A stretch of 64,000 nt of DNA from Ginglymostoma cirratum. Taxonomy: Eukaryota. The notes under the pieces are model-generated. The model searched no databases. It saw only the letters and a list, made by a program, of their open reading frames with translations, and was not told the origin of the DNA. Below, one piece after another: positions 63,815-64,000 of this stretch. Both the position numbers and the translations under genes were made by a program. Positions within the stretch are counted from its first letter, which is position 1. Each line of letters begins with the position of its first letter. The stretch spans positions 21,665,100-21,729,099 of the forward strand of contig JAHRHZ010000267.1 in NCBI GenBank assembly GCA_024137785.1. The letters run 5' to 3'.

Positions 63815-64000
63815 AAATAAAGGGACAATTTTAAAGGCGAAGCAGGGACACTAGAACCTGGGTGTATACATATATAAATCATTAAAGGTGGCACGACAAG
63901 TGGAGAGAGTAATTAAGAAAGCTTACAGTATCCCAGGCTTTGTTAATATGGAGCATTTCAAGGGCAAATAGCTTATGTTAAACTTGTCTAAGATGCTAGT
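63815..64000 (+). mobile_element. CR1 RT C-terminal fragment
   Basis: aacctgggtgtatac...attaaaggtggcacgacaagtggagagagtaattaagaaagc (LKVAxQVxRVIKKA). Confidence 0.65.

Overview
Vertebrate nuclear DNA, almost certainly from a shark or other cartilaginous fish: it has an HE1-type V-SINE, HER1/CR1 LINE tails and shark-type tRNA-SINEs. It is AT-rich, has one 100-N gap, and appears intronic or intergenic. I could not identify any host protein-coding exon, and the ORF track is almost entirely spurious or decayed transposon sequence. Much of the window is decayed CR1/L2 LINEs, SINEs and Harbinger-like remnants. The main signal is about ten short, non-coding Penelope-like (PLE) elements in two families (A, young; B, older). 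They carry minimal type I hammerhead ribozyme (HHR) motifs (CTGAnGA-A-GGGTC-loop-GRCCC-GAAAC-GTY). Most are inverted repeats with a ~33-nt one-sided tail, and six have 10-16-bp target-site duplications. One copy (32096-32732) has its 5' boundary exactly at the predicted self-cleavage site. Another (24788-25040) has a loop that is an exact 24-nt copy of genomic DNA about 750 bp upstream. A third inserted into the ribozyme remnant of an older copy. A decayed PLE reverse-transcriptase fragment is also present. Family names come from recognising motifs, not from database searches, and boundaries of old repeats are approximate.
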